Shown here: one piece after another, positions 47,345-59,841 of the stretch
Position numbering within the stretch: the first letter of the stretch is position 1
Layout: each line of letters begins with the position of its first letter
Source: Candidatus Eiseniibacteriota bacterium
Lineage (GTDB): Bacteria; Eisenbacteria; RBG-16-71-46
Reading direction: 5' to 3'
DNA: 64,000 nucleotides
Assembly (NCBI GenBank): GCA_038231135.1
Contig: JBBRLX010000001.1
Span: 128,001-192,000 of the forward strand
Position numbers and translations under genes: made by a program
The notes under the pieces: generated by a model
Database searches by the model: none
Seen by the model: only the letters and a program-made list of their open reading frames with translations
What the model was told of the DNA's origin: nothing

Positions 47345-47450
47345 CATCGGGCGAACCAGGTCCCCGCGGCCGATGCGCATCGATGTACGTTGTCGCGGCC
47401 GTCGCTTCGCCCTATCGTGCACGCCACCACTTCATGTACCGGAGGATCTC

Positions 47451-48389
47451 GTGCGCATTCTGGTGACCGGGGGGGCCGGGTTCATCGGCTCGAGCCTCGT
47501 GGATCGATGGGTGACGGACGGGCATCAGGTCGCGATCCTCGACAACCTGTCGACCGGCAGGCGTGACTATGTGAATCCGCGCGCGACGTTCCTCGAGCTC
47601 GACATCGTGGATGCGCCGGCGGTCGATCGCGCGATCGGCGAGTTCCGGCCCGAGGTGGTGAGCCATCACGCGGCGCAGATGGACGTGCGCCGGTCGGTGC
47701 TCGATCCGGCGTTCGACGCCCGCACCAACGTGCTCGGCTCGATCGCCCTGCTCGAGGCGTGCGCGCGCCACGGCGTCCGCAAGGTGATCTACGCATCGAC
47801 GGGCGGCGCGATCTACGGCGAAGGCCGCTCGCTGCCGGCCGCCGAAGATCATCCCATCCATCCCGAATCGCCGTATGGCGCGAGCAAGTATGCGGTCGAG
47901 CTGTATCTGAAAATCTGGCAGCAGCTCCATGGGCTCGACTTCACGGTGCTGCGCTATCCCAATGTATTCGGCCCCCGCCAGAACCCTCACGGCGAGGCGG
48001 GGGTGAATGCCATCTTCATCGGGCTCATGCTCGCCGGCCAGCGGCCGCGCATCTTCGGCCACGGTGACGCGGTGCGCGACTACCTGTTCGTCGACGACGT
48101 CGTCGCGGCGAACGTGCTGGCGCTCGGCAGCGCGGGGGGCGAGGTGATGAATCTCGGCACCGGCGTCCCGACCTCGGTGACCGACATCGTGCGTGAGCTG
48201 AACGGCGTGCTCGGCACGAACCTCGAGCCGATCCAAGAGCCCGACCGGCCCGGCGAGATCCAGCGCATCTACCTCGACGCCGCCCGCGCGAACCGGTTGC
48301 TGGGATGGACGCCCACGGTGACGTTCCGCGAGGGCTTGCGGCGCACCGTGGACTGGGCGCGCGCGCGCGGGGCGCAGATCAGCGCGTGA
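47451..48389 (+). CDS. NAD-dependent epimerase (GalE-like)
   Basis: 'TGGAGFIGS', 'YGASK', 'LRYPNVFGPRQ'. Confidence 0.9.
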   Translation: MRILVTGGAGFIGSSLVDRWVTDGHQVAILDNLSTGRRDYVNPRATFLELDIVDAPAVDRAIGEFRPEVVSHHAAQMDVRRSVLDPAFDARTNVLGSIALLEACARHGVRKVIYASTGGAIYGEGRSLPAAEDHPIHPESPYGASKYAVELYLKIWQQLHGLDFTVLRYPNVFGPRQNPHGEAGVNAIFIGLMLAGQRPRIFGHGDAVRDYLFVDDVVAANVLALGSAGGEVMNLGTGVPTSVTDIVRELNGVLGTNLEPIQEPDRPGEIQRIYLDAARANRLLGWTPTVTFREGLRRTVDWARARGAQISA

Positions 48390-49953
48390 GGTGCAGCTCG
48401 ATCAAGCCCACGGCGGAGCGGTCGGCGGCGCCCTTCACGTGCCCGAGCTGATCGATCCAGCGGTAGCCGCCGGTCAGCTGCACGTTGACGCCGCTCGCCG
48501 GCCACCAGCGCACGCCCAGTTCGAGCTGGCGGGTGGTTTCGACCACGCCTTCGAATTGCGCCGAATCCACGATCGGCGACCGGGGCAGGAACGGCTCGTT
48601 CAGATCGTTCTCGCCTTTGTCGTAACGGGTGACGCGCGCGTTGAGCTGCAGCGCGGGGCTCAGGTCCCACGCGCCGCGCACGCGGATGCGGCGCGCGTCC
48701 GGCGCGAACGGGAATCCCAGCGACTGACCCTGGGCGACGTACGACCGCCCGAAGAACGACGTGTAGACGAACCGCGTGACGCGCGTGTACTCGCCGCCCC
48801 AGGTGAGCCGCGTGTCGCCGACGGCGCCGACGCCGTCGTAGCCGAGCTGGAACGCGTACTTGTTCGGGTTCCGGCCGCTCTTCGCGTGCAGGTCGTCGAT
48901 CAGCAGCTCGCCGTAGACGCGGGTGCCGTTCGCGATGCGCCAGCTGGCGTCGAACGCCGACAGGATGTTGTTGCGGTGGGCGATCAGCGAATCCGGCTCC
49001 TTCTGGAGGTCCAGTCGCTGCACCAGCACGTAGGGGATCGCGCCCAGCACGTAGAGCGGCTGCCAGCCCGGCCACTTGTAGCGCGCGGCCTCGGTGACGC
49101 CGAGTCGCAGGTTGTCGTGGGGCTGCCACTCGATGCGATGGGCGGCGAGCTGCTCGCCTTCGGCCTGTTCCACGGTCGCCGACAGCGCCATGAAATCGAG
49201 GCGCAGCGCCTCGAGGTGCGCGCGCATCATCAGGCCGACCATCGACGGCGCGGTGCTCGACAGCACGAGCGACCCTTCCTCGCCCGGTCCCCAGTTCCAG
49301 CGGCTCTCGCCGAACTGCACCGCCCAGCGCTGCCGGTCGCCGGTGTAGGCGATATACGTCTCCTCCGTCAGCACCACGAAATCGTTGTTCGGAACGATCG
49401 GGTCCGCGAACGACCGGGCGCTGTCGAATTGGCCCGCGACGAATCTCGAGTAGACCAGCCAGCGATCGAGCGCCACCGCGGCGCGCGTCTCGGAGCCCGA
49501 GCCATTGAGGAACCGCCGGCCATGCTGGTCGATCTGCGCGCTGCCCGAGATGCCGGTCGAGATCTCGAACCGCTGGTCGTCCTCGGAGCGCTGGTAGAGC
49601 CGCGGGGTCGAGTGGTAGGCGGGATCCGGCGTGTACCAATCGGCCGCATCGCGACCGAACGCCCGTTCGATCCGCGCCACCGACATGCGGTAGCGGGGAT
49701 CCGGATTCTGTAACGGAGCGCCGGTGCCCATGAGATCGAGGAGCTGATAGGGACGGCTATTGATGTGGGGCAGCAGGATGCGCCCTTGCAGCGGGGTGGG
49801 GTCGAGCGTATCGAGGATGCGGAACTCGGCCTCGAGCGGATCACCTACCGACAGGTAGTCGAACGGAGTGGCGCGTGCGCGGGTGGGCGCGAGACACATC
49901 ACGATCGCCGCGAGGGCGGTCAGCACACGAGGGAGGTATGACGGATGTCGCAT
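48379..49953 (-). CDS. Outer-membrane protein, capsule assembly Wzi-like
   Basis: Signal peptide; 'WGPG..GSLVLS..AP', 'AAHRIE', 'YGELLIDD'; beta-strand C-terminus. Confidence 0.7.
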   Translation of the reverse strand: MRHPSYLPRVLTALAAIVMCLAPTRARATPFDYLSVGDPLEAEFRILDTLDPTPLQGRILLPHINSRPYQLLDLMGTGAPLQNPDPRYRMSVARIERAFGRDAADWYTPDPAYHSTPRLYQRSEDDQRFEISTGISGSAQIDQHGRRFLNGSGSETRAAVALDRWLVYSRFVAGQFDSARSFADPIVPNNDFVVLTEETYIAYTGDRQRWAVQFGESRWNWGPGEEGSLVLSSTAPSMVGLMMRAHLEALRLDFMALSATVEQAEGEQLAAHRIEWQPHDNLRLGVTEAARYKWPGWQPLYVLGAIPYVLVQRLDLQKEPDSLIAHRNNILSAFDASWRIANGTRVYGELLIDDLHAKSGRNPNKYAFQLGYDGVGAVGDTRLTWGGEYTRVTRFVYTSFFGRSYVAQGQSLGFPFAPDARRIRVRGAWDLSPALQLNARVTRYDKGENDLNEPFLPRSPIVDSAQFEGVVETTRQLELGVRWWPASGVNVQLTGGYRWIDQLGHVKGAADRSAVGLIELHLTR

Positions 49954-50114
49954 CGTCCATCATGCTACCAGCGCCCGGCGGGATGGTGCCAGCGCGGGCC
50001 GCGTTCGCGCGCCGTTCCCCGCGGCGCGTGGTGTTCCACGCGGCGTCGTGCCATGCTGGTGCGGGCCTGCGTGATCGCGACGATCGTGTTCCCCCACCCC
50101 CAGGAGTCGAACCG

Positions 50115-52301
50115 CTGAATTCCCGCACGCCGCGCCCGACGAAACACGGCACCACCGCCGGGGCCGCGACCGCCCCGCCGCCCGTCGCCGCGGCCGCCGC
50201 GACGATCGACACCACGTCGGAGCGCCCGGGCGGCTGGCTCGCCGCCGGGCTCGCGCTGTCGCTGGTGCTGCTGCTCGCGCACTCGAAGGTCTATGCGTTC
50301 CTCACCGACGACGCGTTCATCTCGTTCCGCTACGCGCGCAATCTCGCGCACGGCTTCGGCCTGGTGTTCAACCCCGGCCTCGAGCGTGTCGAGGGCTACA
50401 GCAATTTCCTGTGGGTGGTGCTGCTCGCGGCGTTCGATCGCCTGGGGCTGGTACCCGAACGTGTGGCGAACGTGCTGTCGTTCACCGCGACCGCCGGGCT
50501 GTGGGCGGTGGTCACCGCGTTCGTGCTGCGCCGCCGGCCCGTGCACCGGCCGTGGCTGGTCCTGGTGGCGCCGCTGGTGCTGGCGTCGATGCGCACCGTG
50601 GCCGTGTGGGCGACGAGCGGGCTCGAGACGCGGCTGTTCGAGTGGTTCGTGGTGGCGGGGGCGCTGCGCCTCGTGACCGAGGTCGAGACGCTGGCCGGCG
50701 GACTGCGGCCGCGCGCCCGGGCCGGCTGGCTGTTCGCGCTCGGGGCCCTCACGCGTCCCGACGGCATCCTGTTCGGGGGCGTGGCGCTCGGCCTCGCCGC
50801 GATCGTGGTCGCGCGGCGGCGCCGTCCGGAATTCGGCTGGCTGGTCGCGAACGTGCTGCCGTTCGCCGCACTCGTCATCGCGCAGTTCGCGTTCCGTCAC
50901 GCCTATTACGGCGCCTGGTGGCCAAACACCTACTACGCGAAGGCCGCGGGCCGCGTGGCGTGGGGGCCGGGGCTCCAGTACGTGGCAGCGTTCGTGCTCG
51001 AATACGCGCTGTGGTTGTGGGTGCCACTGCTGGTGCTGGGCGGGCTGCGGCTGCGCGAGACCGGCCGTGGCTTCATGGCGCTGCTGTTCGCCGTCCTCAT
51101 CGTGCCGCACGCGCTGTGGATCGCGTCGATCGGCGGCGATCATTTCGAGTACCGGCCGTTCGATCTGTACGTGCCGCTGCTCGCGATCCTGCTCTACGAA
51201 GGCGCCGTGCGGGCGTCGAAGCGCATGCCCGTAGCGGGGCTGGCGGCGCTGCTCGCAGGCATCCTCGTGTTCAACCTCGCGCTCGCGACCGCGTCGCACC
51301 GCGACTTCCCGCGCCGGCACATTCCCGGGTTCCCCGGCTCGGTCGTGTCCCAGCCCACCGGCGCCCGGTTCCTCGATCCCGCACGCAATCCGATCTATCG
51401 CTGGCCGGGGCTGTCGGCGATCGCACGGCTGCATCGCGACCTGCTGCGCCGGCTGAGCGTGCAGTTCGTGGGCGTGCGTCAGGAGGAGCACCGGATGTTT
51501 CTCGACCTCGTGCGTCCCGAAGGCCGGGAGCTGCAGGGCCTCGTGGCGCGCGGCATCCTGCCACCCGACACCTACATCGCGATCGACTGCATCGGCGCCA
51601 TTCCCTACGAGTCGGATCTGCGGGTGCTCGACCGGCTCGGGCTCACCGACGCCGCCGTCGCGCATTCGGCCCCGGGGCCCGACCACGTGCTGGCGCACGA
51701 GAAGCGCGCCACCTCCACCTACGCCGCGCAGCGCGGCGTCGACTTCTGGGCGACGAATCGCGTGCACCTGTTGTTTCCGGCCACCGACACCTGGCCGCTC
51801 GAGGCCGCGGGGGAGGGCCAGGGGTTCTGGGCCGCGAACTGCGGCGACGGCTCGTGGATCGTGACGCAGCTCCCGCTGGGCATGGCGGCCACGGCGCCCC
51901 GGTTCCCGCACCTCAAGTTCGTGACGTCGTTCGATCCCACGTTCGTTCCCGGCTACCTCGCGAACGGCATCGCGATGCTGCAGGACAGCGTGGCGCGCGC
52001 CCCGAATCCCGCGGCCCGATTCCAGCTCGCGTCGTATCTCCTGTTCGCGAGCCGGATCCCGGAGGCGCTGCCGCAGCTCGGCCGCTGTGCCGAGGACACC
52101 CCCGACAATCCGCGCGTCTGGTACTACCTTGGCGTTGCCCACCTCAAACTGGGCCAGGCGCCGCTCGCGGTGACCGATCTCGGGCGTGCGCTCGAGCTCG
52201 CGAAGACGGGCGGGCTTGCCGACTTCGTGCCGCAGGTCGAGGCGCTGCTGCAGCAGGCGCGCGGCTCGACGCCGCCGGCCGTGGCTCGCCCCGGCTCCTG
52301 A
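50115..52301 (+). CDS. GT-C-type membrane glycosyltransferase with C-terminal TPR (start uncertain)
   Basis: 'TDDAFISFRYARN...GLVFNPG.ERVEGYSNFLW', 'LTRPDG', 'PNTYYAK'; TPR 'RVWYYLGVAHLKLGQ'. Confidence 0.75.
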   Translation: MNSRTPRPTKHGTTAGAATAPPPVAAAAATIDTTSERPGGWLAAGLALSLVLLLAHSKVYAFLTDDAFISFRYARNLAHGFGLVFNPGLERVEGYSNFLWVVLLAAFDRLGLVPERVANVLSFTATAGLWAVVTAFVLRRRPVHRPWLVLVAPLVLASMRTVAVWATSGLETRLFEWFVVAGALRLVTEVETLAGGLRPRARAGWLFALGALTRPDGILFGGVALGLAAIVVARRRRPEFGWLVANVLPFAALVIAQFAFRHAYYGAWWPNTYYAKAAGRVAWGPGLQYVAAFVLEYALWLWVPLLVLGGLRLRETGRGFMALLFAVLIVPHALWIASIGGDHFEYRPFDLYVPLLAILLYEGAVRASKRMPVAGLAALLAGILVFNLALATASHRDFPRRHIPGFPGSVVSQPTGARFLDPARNPIYRWPGLSAIARLHRDLLRRLSVQFVGVRQEEHRMFLDLVRPEGRELQGLVARGILPPDTYIAIDCIGAIPYESDLRVLDRLGLTDAAVAHSAPGPDHVLAHEKRATSTYAAQRGVDFWATNRVHLLFPATDTWPLEAAGEGQGFWAANCGDGSWIVTQLPLGMAATAPRFPHLKFVTSFDPTFVPGYLANGIAMLQDSVARAPNPAARFQLASYLLFASRIPEALPQLGRCAEDTPDNPRVWYYLGVAHLKLGQAPLAVTDLGRALELAKTGGLADFVPQVEALLQQARGSTPPAVARPGS

Positions 52302-52459
52302 CGCAACTTCCGCCCTGCGAGTGATTTGCGATGTCGACCTAGCGTGGAACGCGAGTCCGCGTCAGCGCCCCCGGGTGTTGAGGGCGTTTTCCGGCGTGTG
52401 ATAGCTTGCGAGGCTCGGTCAGCCGTTTCGGCTCACCGAACTTCCCTTTGGAGGCATCG

Positions 52460-55102
<2,643 letters not shown>

Positions 55103-55163
55103 TGTTGCTCTTGCCGCTCGCGGCGCCGAACACCGAGATCCACCATCGCGAGGACGGGACCCC

Positions 55164-55679
55164 ATGCAGAAGATCGTGACGTTCCTGTGGTTCGACGACA
55201 ACGCCGAAACGGCGATGAACTTCTACACGTCGGTGTTTCCGAACTCACGCATCGTGAGTGTGCGCCGCTACGGCGATGCCGGCCCCGGCGCGAAGGGCAG
55301 CGTCATGACCGGCACGTTCGAACTCCATGGCCAGCAGTTCATGGCCCTGAACGCCGGCCCCAGGTTCAAGTTCAACGAGGCCATCTCGCTGATGGTGAAC
55401 TGCGAGACCCAGGCCGAGGTGGATGACCTGTGGGCGAAGCTGACCGCCGACGGCGGCCAGGAGAGCCAGTGCGGCTGGCTCAAGGACAAGTTCGGGCTGT
55501 CATGGCAGATCATTCCGACGGCGCTGGGCAATTACCTCGGCGACTTGGACCCCGCGAGGGCGCAGCGGGCGGTACAGGCGATGCTGGGGATGAAGAAGAT
55601 AGACATCGAGGGGTTGCGGAAGGCGGCGGAGGGGGAAGCGGAGGAGCCCCATCGTGGGACTCCTCCGCTCCTACGCTAG
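55164..55679 (+). CDS. VOC/PhnB-like (3-demethylubiquinone-9 3-methyltransferase family) protein
   Basis: 'QKIVTFLWFD', 'CGWLKDKFGLSWQI', 'MKKIDI'. Confidence 0.88.
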   Translation: MQKIVTFLWFDDNAETAMNFYTSVFPNSRIVSVRRYGDAGPGAKGSVMTGTFELHGQQFMALNAGPRFKFNEAISLMVNCETQAEVDDLWAKLTADGGQESQCGWLKDKFGLSWQIIPTALGNYLGDLDPARAQRAVQAMLGMKKIDIEGLRKAAEGEAEEPHRGTPPLLR

Positions 55680-55692
55680 CTGCCGTTGAGTG

Positions 55693-56523
55693 CTACGCCG
55701 TTCCCACGCGGCGACGCGACACGTAGAACAGTCCGCCGCACGCCAGCAGAGCGGCGAGCAGCCCCATTCCCCAGGTCGACAACGCCGGCAGCGCCACCGC
55801 GAATACGGCGTCGTTGAATGTCGTCGCGACGCCGACGTTGTCCACGATCTCGGTGATGGTGGCCCCGGCGGGCGTCGACTGGCGGAGGGCAATCGAGGCG
55901 AGGGGCTTCCCGACCACGGTTGCGCTGGTGCTCACGATCGGAGAGTCCTCCGAGCTGGACGGATTGACCCACAGCTTCGAGGTGCCGGTGATCGCGTCGT
56001 ACGACACCACGATGCGGTAGGGCACCCCGATCGTGAGGCCGGAACCCCAGCGTATCGTGGGAGTGGTGACCAGGGCGCCCGCGGCGATGCCGAGGTCGAA
56101 GTCTCCACCGGCGGTCGGCGGACCGATCCAGATTCGTGTCACGAACCCATTGGTGTCGGGTGCCGCTGGCCGAAAGTGGGCGAAGTAGTCCTGGGCCGAG
56201 CCGATCGTGGTACCCGGCGCGATGCGGAGGGTGAACGATGCGAACGTCGAATCGGTGGCGGCCCGGGTCGTGAACGGCCGGTTGTCGTCCTCACCGGACC
56301 CTGTGCTCTGAACCACGTAGGCGAGGCCGTTGTTGATCTGAATCGCCTTGACTCCAGGGGCGCTGTGCGCGGACCAGCCACCCTGGCCGTTCAGATTTCC
56401 ATTGGGATAGCTGAACGAGTCCTGGAGCAGCGTCGTCGCCTGTGAAGCTCGCGGCGCAAGGGATGCCGCTAGCAGTCCGGCGGATACAACGGCGAGTAGC
56501 AATCTGGAACGTGAGGGCATCAT
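55693..56523 (-). CDS. Secreted beta-rich protein with IPTL-CTERM-like sorting signal
   Basis: Signal peptide; C-terminal 'LPALSTWG' plus TM plus 'RRR'. Confidence 0.75.
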   Translation of the reverse strand: MMPSRSRLLLAVVSAGLLAASLAPRASQATTLLQDSFSYPNGNLNGQGGWSAHSAPGVKAIQINNGLAYVVQSTGSGEDDNRPFTTRAATDSTFASFTLRIAPGTTIGSAQDYFAHFRPAAPDTNGFVTRIWIGPPTAGGDFDLGIAAGALVTTPTIRWGSGLTIGVPYRIVVSYDAITGTSKLWVNPSSSEDSPIVSTSATVVGKPLASIALRQSTPAGATITEIVDNVGVATTFNDAVFAVALPALSTWGMGLLAALLACGGLFYVSRRRVGTA

Positions 56524-56606
56524 GTGTGGGGCCTCCGATTCGACGCGGGTTGCGAGCTGCGACGCGGTTGCTGCCATACCACATCCTAAGTATCCCCGGG
56601 GCCAAT

Positions 56607-56619
56607 TATCAAGGAATTG
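56607..56619 (+). promoter_or_regulatory. IHF consensus site in an AT-rich intergenic patch
   Basis: TATCAAGGAATTG = WATCAANNNNTTR. Confidence 0.35.
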
Positions 56620-56675
56620 TTTGGAAAACTTCACGAAATGATCAAATAGACACGCGAGCGGCTTCGGAAATACCG

Positions 56676-56873
56676 GCGTGGATCGTGCACCAGGATCCCG
56701 GGTTTGCGGACTACGCCGGGGGCGACCTGAGCCTGACGGACGGATCGCCGGCGATCGACAGTGGTACGTCGTCGGTGGATCAGTGGCCCGCCACCGACAT
56801 GCTGAACCGCCCTCGCGGAACGTCACCGGGTATGGGTCGACGCGGCCATCGTCATAGGTCGGTGTCCAGGTGA
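56676..56873 (+). pseudogene. C-terminal remnant of a beta-helix/choice-of-anchor Q-type protein
   Basis: 'DPGFADYAGGDLSLTDGSPAIDSG....PATDMLNRPR' motif with no matching N-terminal body. Confidence 0.55.
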
Positions 56874-57001
56874 ACGTGCCGCTGGATCCGTCGTGAACGC
56901 GGCATCACTCCCCGCCGGAATCACCACCGGCCGGTTCGTCGTGGTCAATTGAGAACGGCTCGCGCCCTCGGCGCCGACGCAACGGCGCTTCAGCGGGCTC
57001 T

Positions 57002-58864
57002 TCATGACGGGGGGACTCGTGGGTTGGTGGTGGTCGATGCGCCGCTGCGACCGCGCTCCAATCCGCGACGTGTGTATGTGGCGAGAATCGTGCGTCGAGA
57101 GAGCATCCCAACGATCTTGTCTCCGCCATTCGACTCCACGACGGGCAACTCGTCCATGTCGCCGGCATCAAGGCGAGCCAGAGCGAGATCCAGACCGTCT
57201 CCCGGAGCAACGATTTGAGGTGGCATGGCGAGGTCGTGAGCGATCAGCGGCAACCGGCCGGGATGGCGATCGAGAAGCTCCTGGATCTGGCCGCTGGAGA
57301 TGGTGCCCGTTACGTGGCCCTCATCATCGACGACCGGCAGGCAGGATTGCCGCGAGCGGGACATCGTCCGCACTACGTCGGCAAGCGGGGCGTTGGGCGG
57401 CACGGTCGCAACGGCTCTGGTTTCCATGACCTCGCCCGCACGAAAGCTTCCGAGCACCCACTCGCGTAGCGCGGCCCAGTGCGCGGGCGAGTGAAGGCGT
57501 GACGGTACCTGGCTGCGGTAAAGGGTCCAGCGACGGCCAACGAGATACGCCACGGCGCAGACCCAGAGGGCGGGGAGCAGGAGTTCATAATTGCCCGTCA
57601 TCTCCGAGACCATGACCAACGTGGAGATCGGCGTATTTGCCGCTGCAGCGAAGAATCCTGCCATGCCGACGGCCACGAATGCGCCGGGCTGAGTGACGAT
57701 CTGGGGCATCACCTGATGTGCCAGCATTCCAATGGCGCCGCCCAATGTCCCGCCGATCACCATGGAGGGCCCGAACACGCCGCCCGATCCGCCGGAGCCG
57801 ATGGAGAACGAGGTCGTCAGCATCTTCCCGACCGCGAGCCCGAGCAGCAGCAGAATCGGGAGATGGCCATCGAGGGCCTGCTGGATCGACCCGTAGCCGA
57901 ACGCGAGTACGTCGAGCACCCGTACGTCACGCGACACCGCGTAGGCCGCCAGCGCGAGCGATCCCGTCGCGAGACCGCCCAGCGCCGGCCGCCAGATCGG
58001 CGGCACGGGCAGTCGCCGGGAGAACTCGTGAACGCCGTAGAACAGCCGAACGAACAGGCCTGCTGCGAGAGCCACGACGACGGCCAGCACGGTGTAGGGC
58101 ACGAGCTCGAATGCCGAGTGGAAGCTGAAGTGCGGGGTCGCAAACAGACTTCCGAAGCCGAACTTCAGCGAGAACACGCAATAGGCAATGATGCTCGACA
58201 GCGCCGCCGGAATGATGACGTCGGATTCGAATTCGGGATCCGAATACAACACCTCCGCGGCAAACAGCGCCCCCGCGAGTGGCGCGCGAAATATGCTGCC
58301 GACCCCCGCCCCGACGCCCGCGGCGAGCAGTACTCGGCGACTGCTTTCGGAGAGTCCGAGCCGCGTCGCCAGGAACGATCCGAACCCGGCTCCGATTTGA
58401 GCGATCGGGCCTTCACGGCCACCCGACCCACCGGATCCGAGCGTAATGGCCGAGGCGATGCTCTTGACGAACGGAATGCGCCCCCGAATGATCCCGCCCC
58501 GACGGTGGAACGACTCGACCGCTTCGTCCGTGCCATGTCCTGCTGCTTCCGGAGCGAAGCGTTGGACGATGATTCCCGTCACGAGTCCGCCGACCGCCGG
58601 CACGAGGGGAAGCAACCAGGGGCGGAGCGCCGTGGTCGAGGCTCCGAACAGCGCGTGCTCACCCGGTGGCCCCGGCTGGGAATAACCCACCAGCGTTCCC
58701 AGCAGGAAGTGCTGGGTGACCTGACACATCGTCTGAAAGACGATGGCGCCCAGGCCAGCCACGACACCCACGAGCGAGCTCAGGGCCAGGACGCGCCCCA
58801 CCACGTGCAACTCGAGATCTTCGAGTTGGCTCGAGAAGCGTTCGAGAGGTCCCGCGGTGGTCAT
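57002..58864 (-). CDS. CLC-family chloride channel/transporter with CBS pair
   Basis: 'GSGGREGP', 'FRAPLAGALFAAE', 'GGVFGP', 'SEMTGNY'; two CBS domains. Confidence 0.9.
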   Translation of the reverse strand: MTTAGPLERFSSQLEDLELHVVGRVLALSSLVGVVAGLGAIVFQTMCQVTQHFLLGTLVGYSQPGPPGEHALFGASTTALRPWLLPLVPAVGGLVTGIIVQRFAPEAAGHGTDEAVESFHRRGGIIRGRIPFVKSIASAITLGSGGSGGREGPIAQIGAGFGSFLATRLGLSESSRRVLLAAGVGAGVGSIFRAPLAGALFAAEVLYSDPEFESDVIIPAALSSIIAYCVFSLKFGFGSLFATPHFSFHSAFELVPYTVLAVVVALAAGLFVRLFYGVHEFSRRLPVPPIWRPALGGLATGSLALAAYAVSRDVRVLDVLAFGYGSIQQALDGHLPILLLLGLAVGKMLTTSFSIGSGGSGGVFGPSMVIGGTLGGAIGMLAHQVMPQIVTQPGAFVAVGMAGFFAAAANTPISTLVMVSEMTGNYELLLPALWVCAVAYLVGRRWTLYRSQVPSRLHSPAHWAALREWVLGSFRAGEVMETRAVATVPPNAPLADVVRTMSRSRQSCLPVVDDEGHVTGTISSGQIQELLDRHPGRLPLIAHDLAMPPQIVAPGDGLDLALARLDAGDMDELPVVESNGGDKIVGMLSRRTILATYTRRGLERGRSGASTTTNPRVPPS

Positions 58865-59559
58865 GACTGGCCGGCCGATCTGCGTTTCGGCGGTTCAGGC
58901 CCGGAAGGCCGCCGGTGGATTGGCAAGTCCTTCATTGACGGGTGTTTCAGACGAGTCCGAATGCGGGCGAGGGCCGCCTTGTCCTTCTGCAGCTTCGTCT
59001 CGCCCGGCCACCGCCTGATCACCCCCTCGGTCCGGTCCGCCCAGTCCCGCATCATGGTGGCATGGCTCCAGAGAAAATCGAATACCAGGCCACGCACATG
59101 CAGTTGACTCTGAAACGGCGCGGTCCCGGCCAGGTACTCCTCACCGACGACGCGACCCGTCGCGAGTATCGCATCCGCGTCGGCTCGAACCTGCGCCAGC
59201 GCGGCATCAAGCTGCTTTGCGGTGGAGAAATCCGCCAGGAAAATGCGCAGCAACGGCTCGCACTCGAGCGCCATTGGCTGCGGCTGAGTCCGAAGCCACT
59301 GCCGAACGACTCGCTTACCGGCGGGGGTGATCGAGTAAATACTGCGTGCCTGCGTCCCACCGGGAGCGATGCGGCGCCTGGCGCGCGCCCAGCCCTGGCG
59401 AACGAGCCATTTCGCCTGGTCGTAGATCCCACTCTCTGCGCGCGGCCAGAAGAACCGCATGTTGCGGCGCAGTTGCTTGGTGACATCGTAGATGGCCCAC
59501 TCCGAGCGCAGACAGAGCAGTCCGAGGATTGCGTTTGCAGTGGTCGCGGTTCGTCTCAC
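58861..59559 (-). CDS. PadR-family transcriptional regulator (start uncertain)
   Basis: 'AILGLL', 'FFW....SGIY', 'YSITPAGK...WL'; 4-nt overlap with CLC start. Confidence 0.78.
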   Translation of the reverse strand: MRRTATTANAILGLLCLRSEWAIYDVTKQLRRNMRFFWPRAESGIYDQAKWLVRQGWARARRRIAPGGTQARSIYSITPAGKRVVRQWLRTQPQPMALECEPLLRIFLADFSTAKQLDAALAQVRADADAILATGRVVGEEYLAGTAPFQSQLHVRGLVFDFLWSHATMMRDWADRTEGVIRRWPGETKLQKDKAALARIRTRLKHPSMKDLPIHRRPSGPEPPKRRSAGQS

Positions 59560-59841
59560 GGCAGCCGGCTCTCGGTTGAGGGCGCGTCGTTTCCTCTTGG
59601 ATGGGGCAGAAGCATATTCTTGGCTAACTGCTCCACTGTGGAGTAGCCACCCTAACACGCTAACAGCCTGTGGGCGAGCAGGAGTCTCGATGCCGATCGC
59701 TCGAATCTTCGAGGCAAAGGACTGGACTCTCGCGCCGCACGAGGTCATGACCCGTCGCAAGTAGTGCCGGTGTGGATCGCGTATTCCTCGAAGCCATTGC
59801 CAATTTCCGAGTTCGCGGGGCGGGTAGTGACGAATACGGCA

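Noticed and set aside
49875..50114. Upstream extension of the GT-C ORF to 49875
   Set aside because: Overlaps the divergent Wzi-like gene start and is low-complexity; the true start is probably near 50115.
52437..52453. CGAA(C/G)TTCCCTTTGGAG shared by valS and mglA upstream regions
   Set aside because: A single near-match of this length can occur by chance in 64 kb; only the mglA copy forms a hairpin.
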